Shown here in pieces: positions 9,594 to 19,445 of a stretch of 46,027 nucleotides of DNA. A program made the translations under genes and the position numbers. Position 1 is the first letter of the stretch. Each line of letters opens with the position of its first letter. The stretch is from the NCBI GenBank assembly GCA_014879635.1, contig JACSRR010000106.1, positions 1 through 46,027 of the forward strand, written 5' to 3'. The notes beneath the pieces are model-generated. The model did not search any database, was not told the DNA's origin, and saw only the letters and a program-made list of their open reading frames with translations. The DNA comes from Ignavibacteriaceae bacterium. Its GTDB lineage: Bacteria; Bacteroidota; Ignavibacteria; Ignavibacteriales; Ignavibacteriaceae.

Positions 9594-11159
9594 ATGTTAA
9601 AAGAGATTATTATAAATTCCTCGTCGGCTCAAACAAGAGTCGCTATAACGGAAGACGGCAGATTAGTCGACTTCTTTGTTGATTATCCCGAAAACCGGAA
9701 AACGGTGGGGGATATCTATCTCGGTAGGGTTGCTAGAGTAATACCGGGAATAAAAGCAGCGTTTATTGATATCGGAATGAAACACGATGCATTTTTGCAT
9801 TTTTCTGATATTGGTGACAAAACAAAAGAAATACAAGAATTACTTGATGAGGATGATGAAAATGGTGATACCGTTTCAGAATACTCAAATGATGAATTAG
9901 ATATACCCCTTGAACCAAAGCTAATAAACGGTGTTCCGGTTCTTCAGAAAGGGGAAAGAATTTTAATTCAGATTACAAAAGAGCCTGTTGTTAACAAAGG
10001 TGTAAGGGTTACTTCCGCAATTTCTATTGCAGGAAGATTTTGTGTTTTATTGCCATTCGATAATAAAGTTGGTGTTTCTAAAAAAATTACCGACTTCAGA
10101 GAGCGTAAAAGGCTCAGATATATTGCTCGCCAGATTATCCCCAAAAATTGCGGTTTAATAATTAGAACGGTTGCCCGCAGTCAATCTGAAGAAGCTGTAA
10201 AAGACGATTTAAGAAACCTGATGAAAATCTGGACTAAAATTAAAGAGAACAGCCGTTCTATGGAACCACCCGCATTAGTTTATCAAGATGTTTCAACAAC
10301 ATCAAGCGTAATTAGAGACCTTTTTACTAACGATATTTCTAAAGTATATGTAGATTCTAAAAAAGTTCACAAAGAAATTCGTGATTATATTAGCATTACT
10401 CAGCCTGAGCTTTCCGATAAAATTGAACTTTACAAACAGGGTGAACGGATTTTCGATATTTTTAATGTTGAAGAGCAGATCAAAGAACTTTTTTCGAGAA
10501 GAGTTCCACTTAAAAGCGGCGGACATATAGTAATTGAACATACAGAAGCCATGGTTGTTATTGATGTTAATAGCGGTAAGTATGCGGCAAGTAAAGACCA
10601 GGAGATGAATTCGCTTAAAACCGATTTAGAGGCTGCCCGTGAGATTGTAAGGCAGTTAAGATTACGGGATATAGGCGGTTTAATTGTGGTTGATTTTATT
10701 GACCTTGAAGATGATAGGAACCGAAGAAAAGTTTTTGACGAATTGAAAAAAGAGTTTAGAAAAGACCGGGCAAAAGTATCTATGATTCCGATGTCAGATT
10801 TTGGTTTGATTGAAATCACCCGTCAGAGAGTTCGTCAGAATATTTTACAAGTTGTTACCGAAAACTGCCCATATTGTTTAGGAACGGGGGTTCTAACTAA
10901 AAAATCGCACACCATTCACGATATTGAAGAGTGGTTGAGCAAACATAAAAATACAGGTTTGGAGAGGTCTTTAATATTAAGATGCAATCCGTTGATTAGC
11001 ATGAAAATGAGAGAAGGGTTTTTATCGCCCCTTGTAAAACTCCAAATGAAGCATTTAAGAAGAATTAAAGTTGAAGAAAATCCTTCATTTCCCACTGACA
11101 AATTCCTGTTTATTTCTGCGAGAACCGGGAAAGAAATTGGCGAAGATATTTCAATCTAA
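9594..11159 (+). CDS. rng: Ribonuclease E/G family endoribonuclease (RNase G-sized)
   Basis: S1 domain GDIYLGRVARVIPGIKAAFIDIG, catalytic-core segment VVIDVNSG and Zn-link CPYCLGTG. At 521 aa it lacks a long RNase E scaffold tail. Confidence 0.9.
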   Translation: MLKEIIINSSSAQTRVAITEDGRLVDFFVDYPENRKTVGDIYLGRVARVIPGIKAAFIDIGMKHDAFLHFSDIGDKTKEIQELLDEDDENGDTVSEYSNDELDIPLEPKLINGVPVLQKGERILIQITKEPVVNKGVRVTSAISIAGRFCVLLPFDNKVGVSKKITDFRERKRLRYIARQIIPKNCGLIIRTVARSQSEEAVKDDLRNLMKIWTKIKENSRSMEPPALVYQDVSTTSSVIRDLFTNDISKVYVDSKKVHKEIRDYISITQPELSDKIELYKQGERIFDIFNVEEQIKELFSRRVPLKSGGHIVIEHTEAMVVIDVNSGKYAASKDQEMNSLKTDLEAAREIVRQLRLRDIGGLIVVDFIDLEDDRNRRKVFDELKKEFRKDRAKVSMIPMSDFGLIEITRQRVRQNILQVVTENCPYCLGTGVLTKKSHTIHDIEEWLSKHKNTGLERSLILRCNPLISMKMREGFLSPLVKLQMKHLRRIKVEENPSFPTDKFLFISARTGKEIGEDISI

Positions 11160-11252
11160 ACAAAAAATCATTTTATTAGATTTGTAAATCAAAAATTTTT
11201 TAGCCGAAAGTTAATGGTGAATTTTAAGACGAGTTTTCAATTTAGGTGATAA

Positions 11253-12332
11253 ATGAAAAAGACTAAATTATACGAAATAAATGTTAAAAATGGCGCTAAA
11301 ATGGTAGATTTTGCCGGTTATTCAATGCCGGTTCAATACGAGTCTATTATAGCAGAACATAAAGCAGTAAGAAATAATGTGGGGCTATTTGATGTATCGC
11401 ACATGGGTGAAGTTTTTGTTGAAGGTGAAAAAGCTCTTGATTTTGTGAATTATATCACAATTAACGATGCTTCAAAATTAACACCGGGTAAAGTTCAATA
11501 CTCCGCAATGTGTTATGAAGACGGCGGTATTGTTGATGATCTCTTAGTTTACAAATTTTCTGATACCAAGTTTTTACTGGTAATAAACGCATCAAACATC
11601 GAAAAAGATTTTGACTGGATGGTAAAAAATAACATTTTTGGTGCCTCCTTAACAAATGCAAGCGATGATTATACCCTTATTGCCGTTCAAGGTCCGGAAT
11701 CCAAAAACTTAGTTGAAAAGGTATTTAACCGGTCAATTGACTTAGAGTATTACACCTTTACAGAGGGGCAGTTTCAAGGAATTGATGTTATAATATCGAG
11801 AACCGGTTATACCGGCGAACTCGGATATGAATTGTATTTTATTGGCGATGAAAAAATTTCTTCCGGATTATGGGAGGCGTTAGTTGCAGCCGGCAACAAT
11901 GTAAAACCGGCGGGCTTAGGTTCGCGTGATTCTCTTAGATTAGAAATGGGGTATTGTTTGTACGGAAATGATATTGACCAAACTACTAATCCTTTAGAAG
12001 CCGGTTTAGGTTGGATCACAAAATTGACTAAAGAAAACTTTATCGGTAAAGAAGCCTTATTAAAGGTTAAATCAGAAGGATTGAAGAGAAAGTTAACTCC
12101 TCTTCTAATCAAAGATAAATGTTTTCCGCGTCACGGTTACGATGTTGCAGTAAACGGAAATGTAATTGGAAAATTAACAAGCGGTACCGTAAGCCCGGTT
12201 CTCGAAAAGGGAATTGCGTTGGCTTATTTAAATTTGGAGTTTACAGCTCCGGGTACGGAAGTTGATATAATTATTAGAGAGAAGGGATACAAAGCAGAAG
12301 TTGTAAAACTTCCATTTATAGAAAAAAAATGA
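11253..12332 (+). CDS. gcvT: Glycine cleavage system aminomethyltransferase (T protein)
   Basis: FDVSHMGE, GYTGELGYE and LRLEMG motifs, about 360 aa. SD-like aggtga upstream. Confidence 0.93.
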   Translation: MKKTKLYEINVKNGAKMVDFAGYSMPVQYESIIAEHKAVRNNVGLFDVSHMGEVFVEGEKALDFVNYITINDASKLTPGKVQYSAMCYEDGGIVDDLLVYKFSDTKFLLVINASNIEKDFDWMVKNNIFGASLTNASDDYTLIAVQGPESKNLVEKVFNRSIDLEYYTFTEGQFQGIDVIISRTGYTGELGYELYFIGDEKISSGLWEALVAAGNNVKPAGLGSRDSLRLEMGYCLYGNDIDQTTNPLEAGLGWITKLTKENFIGKEALLKVKSEGLKRKLTPLLIKDKCFPRHGYDVAVNGNVIGKLTSGTVSPVLEKGIALAYLNLEFTAPGTEVDIIIREKGYKAEVVKLPFIEKK

Positions 12333-12349
12333 AATAACCGGGAAGCAAA

Positions 12350-13072
12350 ATGAAAATAAACACAATATTGACGCCGGCGGTAGTTGATGAACTATACTTT
12401 ACCGGTAAAACAACAATTGCAATTGATGTACTAAGGGCTACAACCACAATAATAGCTGCATTAAATAACGGTGCAAAAGAAATTATTCCTGTTGGATCTT
12501 TAGAATTTGTTCATAAAGCTTCCGGCGATACTTTTGGCGGCAAAACTATCAGGGGCGGAGAGAAAAATATGAAGAAAATTGACGGCTTTGATTTAGGTAA
12601 TTCTCCTCTTGAATACACAAGAGAAACTATTGAAGGCAAATCAATCATATTTTTTACAACAAACGGCACAAAGGCAATAACAAAAGCTAAATACTCAACT
12701 GCTTTGTATCTTATGGCTTTCAGCAATTTAGATACGGTTGTTAACAAATTTGCTAATTACGAAGGTGATTTTGAAATAATTTGTGCAGGTAGAAACAATG
12801 AAATAAGTCTTGAAGATGCAGTTTGTGCCGGTATGCTCATTTCAAAACTGCGTGAAGTACGAGACGATATTGAATTGACAGATCCTGCATTAATTGCCTA
12901 CACACTTTACTGGAAATTCGGCAAAAATATACCTGCTTTGTTTGATATAGCAGAACACGGAAAATTGCTCAAAGAGAACGGATTTTACGATGATATTAAG
13001 TATTGTTCACAATTATCAATTATCGATAAAATTCCTGTTTTCTCAAATAATTCGTTGAAATTTTTAAACTGA
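12350..13072 (+). CDS. 2-phosphosulfolactate phosphatase (ComB) family protein
   Basis: IAIDVLRATTTI near the N-terminus and FFTTNGTKA are typical of the ComB family; about 240 aa. This is a family-level call only. Confidence 0.7.
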   Translation: MKINTILTPAVVDELYFTGKTTIAIDVLRATTTIIAALNNGAKEIIPVGSLEFVHKASGDTFGGKTIRGGEKNMKKIDGFDLGNSPLEYTRETIEGKSIIFFTTNGTKAITKAKYSTALYLMAFSNLDTVVNKFANYEGDFEIICAGRNNEISLEDAVCAGMLISKLREVRDDIELTDPALIAYTLYWKFGKNIPALFDIAEHGKLLKENGFYDDIKYCSQLSIIDKIPVFSNNSLKFLN

Positions 13073-13085
13073 GAAACTCGAATTA

Positions 13086-15509
13086 ATGAAACAGAACGGC
13101 AAAACAAAAAAAGAGACTAAAGATAGTACCGGTTTGTTTGTTTACGATTCGGAAAAAAGGAACAAAATTGTTGGATTGTTGCTTTTTACGATCGGTCTGT
13201 TCATTTTTTTAAGCATACTTTCGTACAATCCCGGAGATATTAGTCACTACTCGTTAGATAAAACTTCAGGTAGCCCGAGTAATTGGATGGGAAAGCTGGG
13301 AGTTTTTACGGCTAATTTTTTTGTGGTAAGTTTAACCGGAATAACTTCGGTGGTATTTCCTGCAATAATGTGGATATGGGCATATTTCTTATTCAAAGCA
13401 ATAGATTTAAGAAAATGCGTTCACATCACAAATTTCCTTTTTATTTTCACAGTTCTTGTCTCCTCTTTTTTTGGAATAACCGGCAAAATAATTACGGGGC
13501 TCCCTTATTTACTTTCAGGTTATATCGGAAGTAACTCCGGTGCGTTTCTTTACGAATTATTCGGCGGATTCTTTTCAATTCTGCTAATTGTTGTCGCTTT
13601 TGTAATACTGCTAATTTTATCATTCAATTTGAAGATTGAAACATTCTTCATTTGGTTAAAAGAATTTTCGACAAACAGGTCAAAGCAAGCATACGAAAAA
13701 ATAAAAGAGCAGAGAGCAAAACAGAAAGAGGCAGTAAAAACCGGAAAAGCAGACGATGATGCCCCCGTAAATAACGGGAATCCTGTTCCGGAAAGCGGTA
13801 ACGGCAAAAAAGAGCCCGTTATTAAAATTGCGAGAGAAAATAAACAAGATAACGGCGAAAAAAATAATCCTCCTGCTCAAGAAAAGCCTTCTCCCGTATT
13901 GGAACATTTATTAGATGACGAAGTTAAAGATAGTACAGGCGAAACAGCAGTTGCGGTTAAAGATGAAGATGTAGAAATACCCGATAGAGTTGCAGAAGGA
14001 GATATGCCTGACCCGTGGGAAGAAAAAATCAGGTTTATTCCGCTTCCGCTTGAGTTATTGGCAAAACCTCCTGCAGAAAATGTAAAAGTTGCTGATGACG
14101 AACTTCAAACAAAAGGGATAAAGTTAAAAGAGAAACTAGCAATATTCGGTATAGATGTTGAAGATATTACTATACAACCGGGTCCTGTAGTTACTTTATT
14201 TAAGATTGTTCCCTCTGAGAGTGTTAAGATAAGCCGGATTGTAGCGTTAGAAAATGATATTGCACTTGCTTTGGCTGCAAGGGGAATAAGGATAATTGCA
14301 CCAATACCGGGCGAGAAAGCAATAGGCGTTGAAATTCCTAATGAGAGTCCTACCTTAGTGGTTGGTAGAAGTGTTTTAAGCAACATCAGAAACCAAAAAA
14401 TGGAATTACCGCTTGGATTAGGTCTTTCGATATCGGGTGAACCATTTTACGGAGATTTAGCAAAGATACCCCATTTGTTGATTGCAGGTTCTACCGGTTC
14501 GGGTAAATCGGTCGGTATCAATATGATAATAACGAGTTTGTTGTACGCAAAAAAACCAGAAGAAGTAAAATTTGCAATTATTGACCCCAAAAAAATAGAG
14601 TTATCTTTTTACAGGGGATTAAGGAGTCACTATTTAGCGGTATGTCCTGATTTAAACGAAGATATTGTAACAGAGCCGCAGAATGCAATATTGCTACTTA
14701 AATCGGTTGTGTTAGAAATGGAAAATAGATACGATATGCTTGCAAAAGCGAGTGTTAGAAACATAATAGAGTATAACACAAAGATTGCTGACCCGGTAAA
14801 AAGACCAAAAGATACCGATTCAATTAAGCACCATTTTTTAGCGTACATAGTTGTAATTATAGACGAGTTAGCTGATTTAATGATTACAGCCGGAAAAGAA
14901 GTTGAAGAACCGATTGCAAGGCTTGCACAATTAGCAAGAGCGGTAGGAATTCATCTTGTAGTGGCAACACAAAGACCGTCAGTAAATGTAATCACGGGTA
15001 CTATTAAAGCAAATTTCAGTGCTCGTATTGCTTATCAGGTAGCGTCTAAAATAGATTCACGAACAATATTAGACGGTAACGGTGCCGAGCAGTTATTGGG
15101 CAGGGGAGATATGCTATATTTAGCGCAGGGGTCTTCGAAGGCGGTTAGAATTCAAAATGCGTTTATTTCTACTGATGAAGTAGAAAAAGTTACAGATTTT
15201 ATAAAAGAGCAAAGGGGTTACTCAAAACCGTACCCATTGCCTTCGGTTTCGGGGAATAAGGATACCGGCAGGCGTCAAATTGAAGATTTAGACGAGTTAT
15301 TTGAAGAGGCTGCTAAAGTAGTCATTCTGCATCAACAAGGTTCAGTTTCATTACTTCAGAGGAAATTAAAGTTAGGTTATGCAAGAGCTGCCCGTATTAT
15401 TGACCAGATGGAGCAATTAGGAATTGTAGGTCCTAATGACGGGAGCAAAGCAAGAGAGGTGAGGATTGACAGTATTGAAGAATTAGAAGTCATTTTAAGG
15501 AATCTTTAG
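13086..15509 (+). CDS. ftsK: DNA translocase FtsK
   Basis: N-terminal TM segments, a charged linker, the motor domain with Walker A GSTGSGKS and VVIIDELADLM, and a C-terminal gamma winged-helix (SVSLLQRKLKLGYARAARIIDQME). Confidence 0.96.
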   Translation: MKQNGKTKKETKDSTGLFVYDSEKRNKIVGLLLFTIGLFIFLSILSYNPGDISHYSLDKTSGSPSNWMGKLGVFTANFFVVSLTGITSVVFPAIMWIWAYFLFKAIDLRKCVHITNFLFIFTVLVSSFFGITGKIITGLPYLLSGYIGSNSGAFLYELFGGFFSILLIVVAFVILLILSFNLKIETFFIWLKEFSTNRSKQAYEKIKEQRAKQKEAVKTGKADDDAPVNNGNPVPESGNGKKEPVIKIARENKQDNGEKNNPPAQEKPSPVLEHLLDDEVKDSTGETAVAVKDEDVEIPDRVAEGDMPDPWEEKIRFIPLPLELLAKPPAENVKVADDELQTKGIKLKEKLAIFGIDVEDITIQPGPVVTLFKIVPSESVKISRIVALENDIALALAARGIRIIAPIPGEKAIGVEIPNESPTLVVGRSVLSNIRNQKMELPLGLGLSISGEPFYGDLAKIPHLLIAGSTGSGKSVGINMIITSLLYAKKPEEVKFAIIDPKKIELSFYRGLRSHYLAVCPDLNEDIVTEPQNAILLLKSVVLEMENRYDMLAKASVRNIIEYNTKIADPVKRPKDTDSIKHHFLAYIVVIIDELADLMITAGKEVEEPIARLAQLARAVGIHLVVATQRPSVNVITGTIKANFSARIAYQVASKIDSRTILDGNGAEQLLGRGDMLYLAQGSSKAVRIQNAFISTDEVEKVTDFIKEQRGYSKPYPLPSVSGNKDTGRRQIEDLDELFEEAAKVVILHQQGSVSLLQRKLKLGYARAARIIDQMEQLGIVGPNDGSKAREVRIDSIEELEVILRNL

Positions 15510-15516
15510 GATTATT

Positions 15517-16110
15517 ATGAAATTATTAGCCTTGTCAATTATCATTACATTAGCAATTAACTTTCACTCTTTTTCACAAAATGGAGCGAATATTGATGCT
15601 ATTCAGAAAAAATTTAACTCACTGACAGATATTTATGCAGTTTTTACACAGTACAGTAACGGCAAGGAGCAACTTTCAGGTAAATTCTATTACAAAAAAT
15701 TTGATAAAATGCGAGTTGAGTCCACAAATCTTTTGATCATTTCAGACGGTCAAACAAATTGGAATTACAATGAAAAAGAGAAGAGAGTTGTTATCACAAG
15801 TTTTGACCCTGAAGATGTCTCAATACTTTCTTTAAATAAATTAGTTAATGATATACCGCCTTCGTGCAATATAACAAAAGGTGAAAACGGTTCTTTTATA
15901 CTCACCCCTAAAAAGCCGGGCACTATGAACTTCAGTAAGGTAGAATTAACTGCCAATAGCGATAAACTATTAACAAATGTGAAAATTACAGGGAATGACG
16001 GAACACTTTTCACAATAGATTTTACAAAAATACAAACTAACCAAAAGTTATCTGACGATTTCTTCAAGTTTACCGTTAAGGGAGAAACAAAAGTAGTTGA
16101 CCTCAGATAA
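15517..16110 (+). CDS. lolA: LolA-like outer-membrane lipoprotein carrier protein
   Basis: Signal peptide. LolA-family pattern F.Q......SGKFYYKK..KMRVE....IISDGQTNWNY. Classical ftsK-lolA adjacency. Confidence 0.7.
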   Translation: MKLLALSIIITLAINFHSFSQNGANIDAIQKKFNSLTDIYAVFTQYSNGKEQLSGKFYYKKFDKMRVESTNLLIISDGQTNWNYNEKEKRVVITSFDPEDVSILSLNKLVNDIPPSCNITKGENGSFILTPKKPGTMNFSKVELTANSDKLLTNVKITGNDGTLFTIDFTKIQTNQKLSDDFFKFTVKGETKVVDLR

Positions 16111-17158
16111 AAAGAAGTTTTCTCTCCGTGAAATTATAGTATATGTAGTTTCATTATCGCTATCGGTTGCTTTTTTATATTTCGCATTTTCAGGCTTAGA
16201 CCTAAGTTCGGTGTGGAATGAGATTGCAGGTGCATCGGTAATTTGGACTATAGCATTAGTTCTCTTTCAATTGCTTTCGCACTACTTGAGGGCCGTAAGG
16301 TGGAAACTATTTTTAGGTGATTTAAATAAGGAAGTTTCTGTTTTTAATTTATTCGGTGCTGTTTTAATTGGCTACGGAATAAACAATGTTGTGCCCAGAT
16401 TGGGCGAAATTGCACGGGCAGTAACTGCAAGTAAAACCGAAAATTTATCTAAAACATCAGTATTCGGATCGGTAATATTAGAAAGAATAATTGACCTGAT
16501 AATTTTTATTTTTGCTGTTATGTTGGCAGGTTGGATGTATGACGGTGATATTTACGATAGATTTAGTTGGTTAAACGGTGCCTTATATATTGGCACTATA
16601 GGTTTTTTTATACTTTTAATAGGTGTAATTTTAACCATTAAGTATAAAGAAAAATTTTACGACCTTATTTTAAAGATTGCCGGTAAGTTCAGTTCTAAAA
16701 TTGCCGGTAAACTCAGTGAATTATTTACAAAATTGATATCGGGATTTTCAGGGTTAAAAACTCCGGCTGATTATTTGATGATGATATTCTGGAGTATTTT
16801 GATAATGCTTGCTTATGCTGCTACAACATACTCGGCATTACTTGCGTTGAATATGGATAAGGAACACACAGTTACATTTGCAATGGCATGGGTTCTGATG
16901 AGCATTGGTTCAATAGGAAATATAATTCCGACTCCGGGCGGAATAGGGTCGTTTCATACCGTAGCTAAATCGGTACTTATGAATCTTTATAATTTTACGG
17001 CAATTGCAGCGGTTTCTTGCGCAGCCTTTTTACACGGAGTAGGGTACATACTCCATTCAGTAGCCGCCGCACTTTTTATATTATATTTCCGGAAAAAAGT
17101 ACCCGGTTTAGGTAGCCAAAATTTATTAGATATTACTAAAGATGAAAAACAGGATTGA
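16097..17158 (+). CDS. Flippase-like / lysylphosphatidylglycerol-synthase TM-region family membrane protein (UPF0104-like)
   Basis: Polytopic membrane protein with LRAVRWKLFL near the first loop, typical of this family. The only usable start is TTG at 16097, overlapping the lolA end by 14 nt. Confidence 0.65.
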   Translation: MTSDKKKFSLREIIVYVVSLSLSVAFLYFAFSGLDLSSVWNEIAGASVIWTIALVLFQLLSHYLRAVRWKLFLGDLNKEVSVFNLFGAVLIGYGINNVVPRLGEIARAVTASKTENLSKTSVFGSVILERIIDLIIFIFAVMLAGWMYDGDIYDRFSWLNGALYIGTIGFFILLIGVILTIKYKEKFYDLILKIAGKFSSKIAGKLSELFTKLISGFSGLKTPADYLMMIFWSILIMLAYAATTYSALLALNMDKEHTVTFAMAWVLMSIGSIGNIIPTPGGIGSFHTVAKSVLMNLYNFTAIAAVSCAAFLHGVGYILHSVAAALFILYFRKKVPGLGSQNLLDITKDEKQD

Positions 17159-17164
17159 GGTAAA

Positions 17165-17803
17165 ATGTTGAGAAAAATTCTTTTAATTTTGGTAACTTTG
17201 CCTTTTATTTTAAATGCTCAAACAGATTTGAGAGCATCTATGGGTATAAACTTTGTTAATATGCCCGATTTCAGAGATTATTTAAATGAGAATTATGGAT
17301 TTCAAGGGGAAAACTTAGCAGATTTTTCTTCGATGATTGAATTTTCTGCAGAAATTACAGAAAAAATTTCGAATAAATTTTACGCGGGAGTTGAGATTTC
17401 GTATTCTTTTAATTCTTTTACAACTGTTTTATACGGTGGTAAGTACGAAATGAAATATAGCTTTGTTCAACCGACTGCCGTGTTATATCATGTAACTAAA
17501 GGGAAGGGTTATGCTTTTAGAATAGGTGGGGGAATAGGACCAAGATTTATTTCGTTAAGTGAAACAAAGCCTTATTCAATTTATGCCTTGACCTACACTT
17601 CAACCGGTTACGGATTAGTGTTCAGGGGAGATGCTTCTACACAACTTTCACAGATATTGTATGCATATATTGGAGCAGATTTACGATATGAGGCAGGCGG
17701 TACGCCTAAATCTGACGGTGTGGCAATAGTTCACAGAAACAAGAATGTTGAGATATCGGCATTTTCGGCGGGGATTAAATTAGGGCTATTTTTACAATTA
17801 TAG
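17165..17803 (+). CDS. Putative outer-membrane beta-barrel protein
   Basis: Signal peptide (LPFILNAQ) followed by alternating hydrophobic/aromatic beta-strand pattern. No specific family recognised. Confidence 0.45.
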   Translation: MLRKILLILVTLPFILNAQTDLRASMGINFVNMPDFRDYLNENYGFQGENLADFSSMIEFSAEITEKISNKFYAGVEISYSFNSFTTVLYGGKYEMKYSFVQPTAVLYHVTKGKGYAFRIGGGIGPRFISLSETKPYSIYALTYTSTGYGLVFRGDASTQLSQILYAYIGADLRYEAGGTPKSDGVAIVHRNKNVEISAFSAGIKLGLFLQL

Positions 17804-17812
17804 GAGCAAGAT

Positions 17813-18661
17813 TTGTCATTATTTGAAGCCATCATTCTCGGAATTATTCAAGGTTTAACCGAGTTTTTACCTATTAGTTCAACCGGGCATTTAACATTAG
17901 CCGGTAAATTTATGGGCTTAATTTCCGAAACAAATCCGGAACAATGGACTGCATTTATTGCTATAATTCAGTTAGGTACACTCGCTTCTATAATAATCTA
18001 TTTTTGGAAAGATGTTATTTCAATAATTTCTTCATTTTTCAAAGATAATTTAGTCGAAAGAAAAAGTTACAAAATGCAATCGCATGATTCAAAAATGGGC
18101 TGGCTTGTGATAGTTGGTACAATTCCGGTTGTAATAATAGGGTTGCTGTTTAAAGATGATATTGAAGGGGCAATAACAAAAAATTTATATGTAATTGCGT
18201 CATCATTGATCGGTTTAGCAATTATACTTTTAATTGCAGAAAAAACTGCTAAATTTAAAAAAGATTTAAAACAGACTACAATAATTGATGCTTTGGTTGT
18301 CGGGATAGCGCAAGCAGTTGCATTAATTCCGGGCTCATCTCGCTCGGGTACTACTATAACCGGCGGATTATTTATGGGACTTAAGAGAGAGGATGCCGCA
18401 AGATTTTCATTTTTATTAAGTATGCCCGCTATATTTGCAGCAGGAGTATTACAGATAAAAGAGGTTGTTGCTTTTGTAACACCTGATATGTTACTCAATT
18501 TAATAGTTGCAACAATAGTTTCCGGAATAAGCGGATACTTGGCAATAGATTTCTTGTTAAAATTTTTGCGTAAAAATTCAACCATGCTTTTTATAATTTA
18601 CCGTATTGCCTTAGGGGCATTAATTCTTACTTTATTACAAACAGGTATAATACAACCATAA
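17813..18661 (+). CDS. uppP: Undecaprenyl-diphosphate phosphatase (BacA/UppP)
   Basis: N-terminal [14 protein letters not shown] and [14 protein letters not shown] motifs. TTG start is supported by aggag 5 nt upstream. Confidence 0.92.
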   Translation: MSLFEAIILGIIQGLTEFLPISSTGHLTLAGKFMGLISETNPEQWTAFIAIIQLGTLASIIIYFWKDVISIISSFFKDNLVERKSYKMQSHDSKMGWLVIVGTIPVVIIGLLFKDDIEGAITKNLYVIASSLIGLAIILLIAEKTAKFKKDLKQTTIIDALVVGIAQAVALIPGSSRSGTTITGGLFMGLKREDAARFSFLLSMPAIFAAGVLQIKEVVAFVTPDMLLNLIVATIVSGISGYLAIDFLLKFLRKNSTMLFIIYRIALGALILTLLQTGIIQP

Positions 18662-18671
18662 GGAGACAAAT

Positions 18672-19283
18672 ATGAAAACATTTTTAATTTCACTTTTTAT
18701 GCTAACCGTAGTTTTGTTCGGGTGCACAAAAAATGAAGAAAAACCATTAACCACAAATATGGAAACTGTAATGAGTGAACAAAAAAACGATTCTCTCTAT
18801 GTTGCTACCATTAAAACAACTTTAGGTACAATGAAGATTGAATTATATGCCGATAAAGCACCAAAAACCGTAGAAAATTTTGTTGGGCTTGCCCGTAAAG
18901 GATTTTATAACGGTATTATTTTCCACAGAGTCATCAAAAATTTTATGGTTCAAGGCGGTGACCCAACCGGTACCGGCAGAGGAGGAGAGAGCATCTATGG
19001 AAAAGAGTTTGGTGATGAATTTGACCCGACCTTAAAGCATGATGTTGAAGGTATTTTATCGATGGCTAACAGAGGTCCTAACACCAATACAAGTCAGTTT
19101 TTTATTACATTGGTACCAACACCATGGTTAGACGGAAAACACACAGTGTTTGGAAAAGTAATTGAAGGGCTTGATGTTTTAAGAGCTATCGGAGCAGTTC
19201 AAACCGGTCAAATGGATAAACCTGTAACAGATGTAGTTATGGAAGAAGTAACCATTGAAGCTTCTGCCGCAAAAACAGAATAA
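18672..19283 (+). CDS. Cyclophilin-type peptidyl-prolyl cis-trans isomerase, probable lipoprotein
   Basis: Lipobox-like [31 protein letters not shown] and [17 protein letters not shown] motifs. Confidence 0.93.
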   Translation: MKTFLISLFMLTVVLFGCTKNEEKPLTTNMETVMSEQKNDSLYVATIKTTLGTMKIELYADKAPKTVENFVGLARKGFYNGIIFHRVIKNFMVQGGDPTGTGRGGESIYGKEFGDEFDPTLKHDVEGILSMANRGPNTNTSQFFITLVPTPWLDGKHTVFGKVIEGLDVLRAIGAVQTGQMDKPVTDVVMEEVTIEASAAKTE

Positions 19284-19306
19284 TTTAATTCTGATATTTT
19301 ATTTTG

Positions 19307-19336
19307 AATCCCCTCAATACGAGGGGATTTTTTTTT
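19307..19336 (+). terminator. Rho-independent terminator after the cyclophilin gene
   Basis: aatcccctc (19307-19315) pairs with gaggggatt (19321-19329), with a 5-nt loop, running into a T-run of 9. Confidence 0.85.
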
Positions 19337-19401
19337 GCAAAAATTTCATTTTTTATCATATTATGATAATTTTTTTTGCAAAATAATTTATATTTTTGCA
19401 A
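19332..19401 (+). promoter_or_regulatory. Candidate control region: 17-bp perfect palindrome flanked by three TTTTTGCAA direct repeats
   Basis: ttatcata-t-tatgataa at 19353-19369. TTTTTGCAA at 19332-19340, 19373-19381 and 19393-19401, with start-to-start spacing of 41 and 20 bp. The third copy overlaps a TAnnTTTG-form box, tatttttg (19391-19398). Confidence 0.4.
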
Positions 19402-19445
19402 CAGGAAATTTTAATTGCTCATTTAAAATATATTAGAGGTAGATT

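Noticed and set aside
9455-9682. 75-aa plus-strand ORF in the pnp-rng gap.
   Set aside because: It overlaps the well-supported rng start (ATG 9594) out of frame. It starts inside the terminator tail, has no SD, and has phenylalanine/isoleucine-rich composition typical of AT-rich noncoding DNA.
11160-11252. Expected a glycine riboswitch upstream of gcvT.
   Set aside because: The 93-nt leader is AT-rich. It lacks the conserved GGAGAG...CACCG / CUCUGGAGAG-type cores and any tandem aptamer-sized structure.
18067-18585. A 172-aa antisense ORF inside uppP, unusually long for an AT-rich genome.
   Set aside because: The sense frame carries unmistakable UppP motifs across the whole region. The antisense product is low-complexity (I/T/S/N-rich) with no start context. 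This is a typical shadow ORF opposite a hydrophobic membrane-protein gene. The same reasoning applies to the other internal antisense ORFs in the track (e.g. 10430-10819, 15765-16067, 22325-22642, 24694-24999, 37324-37698, 44606-44938).
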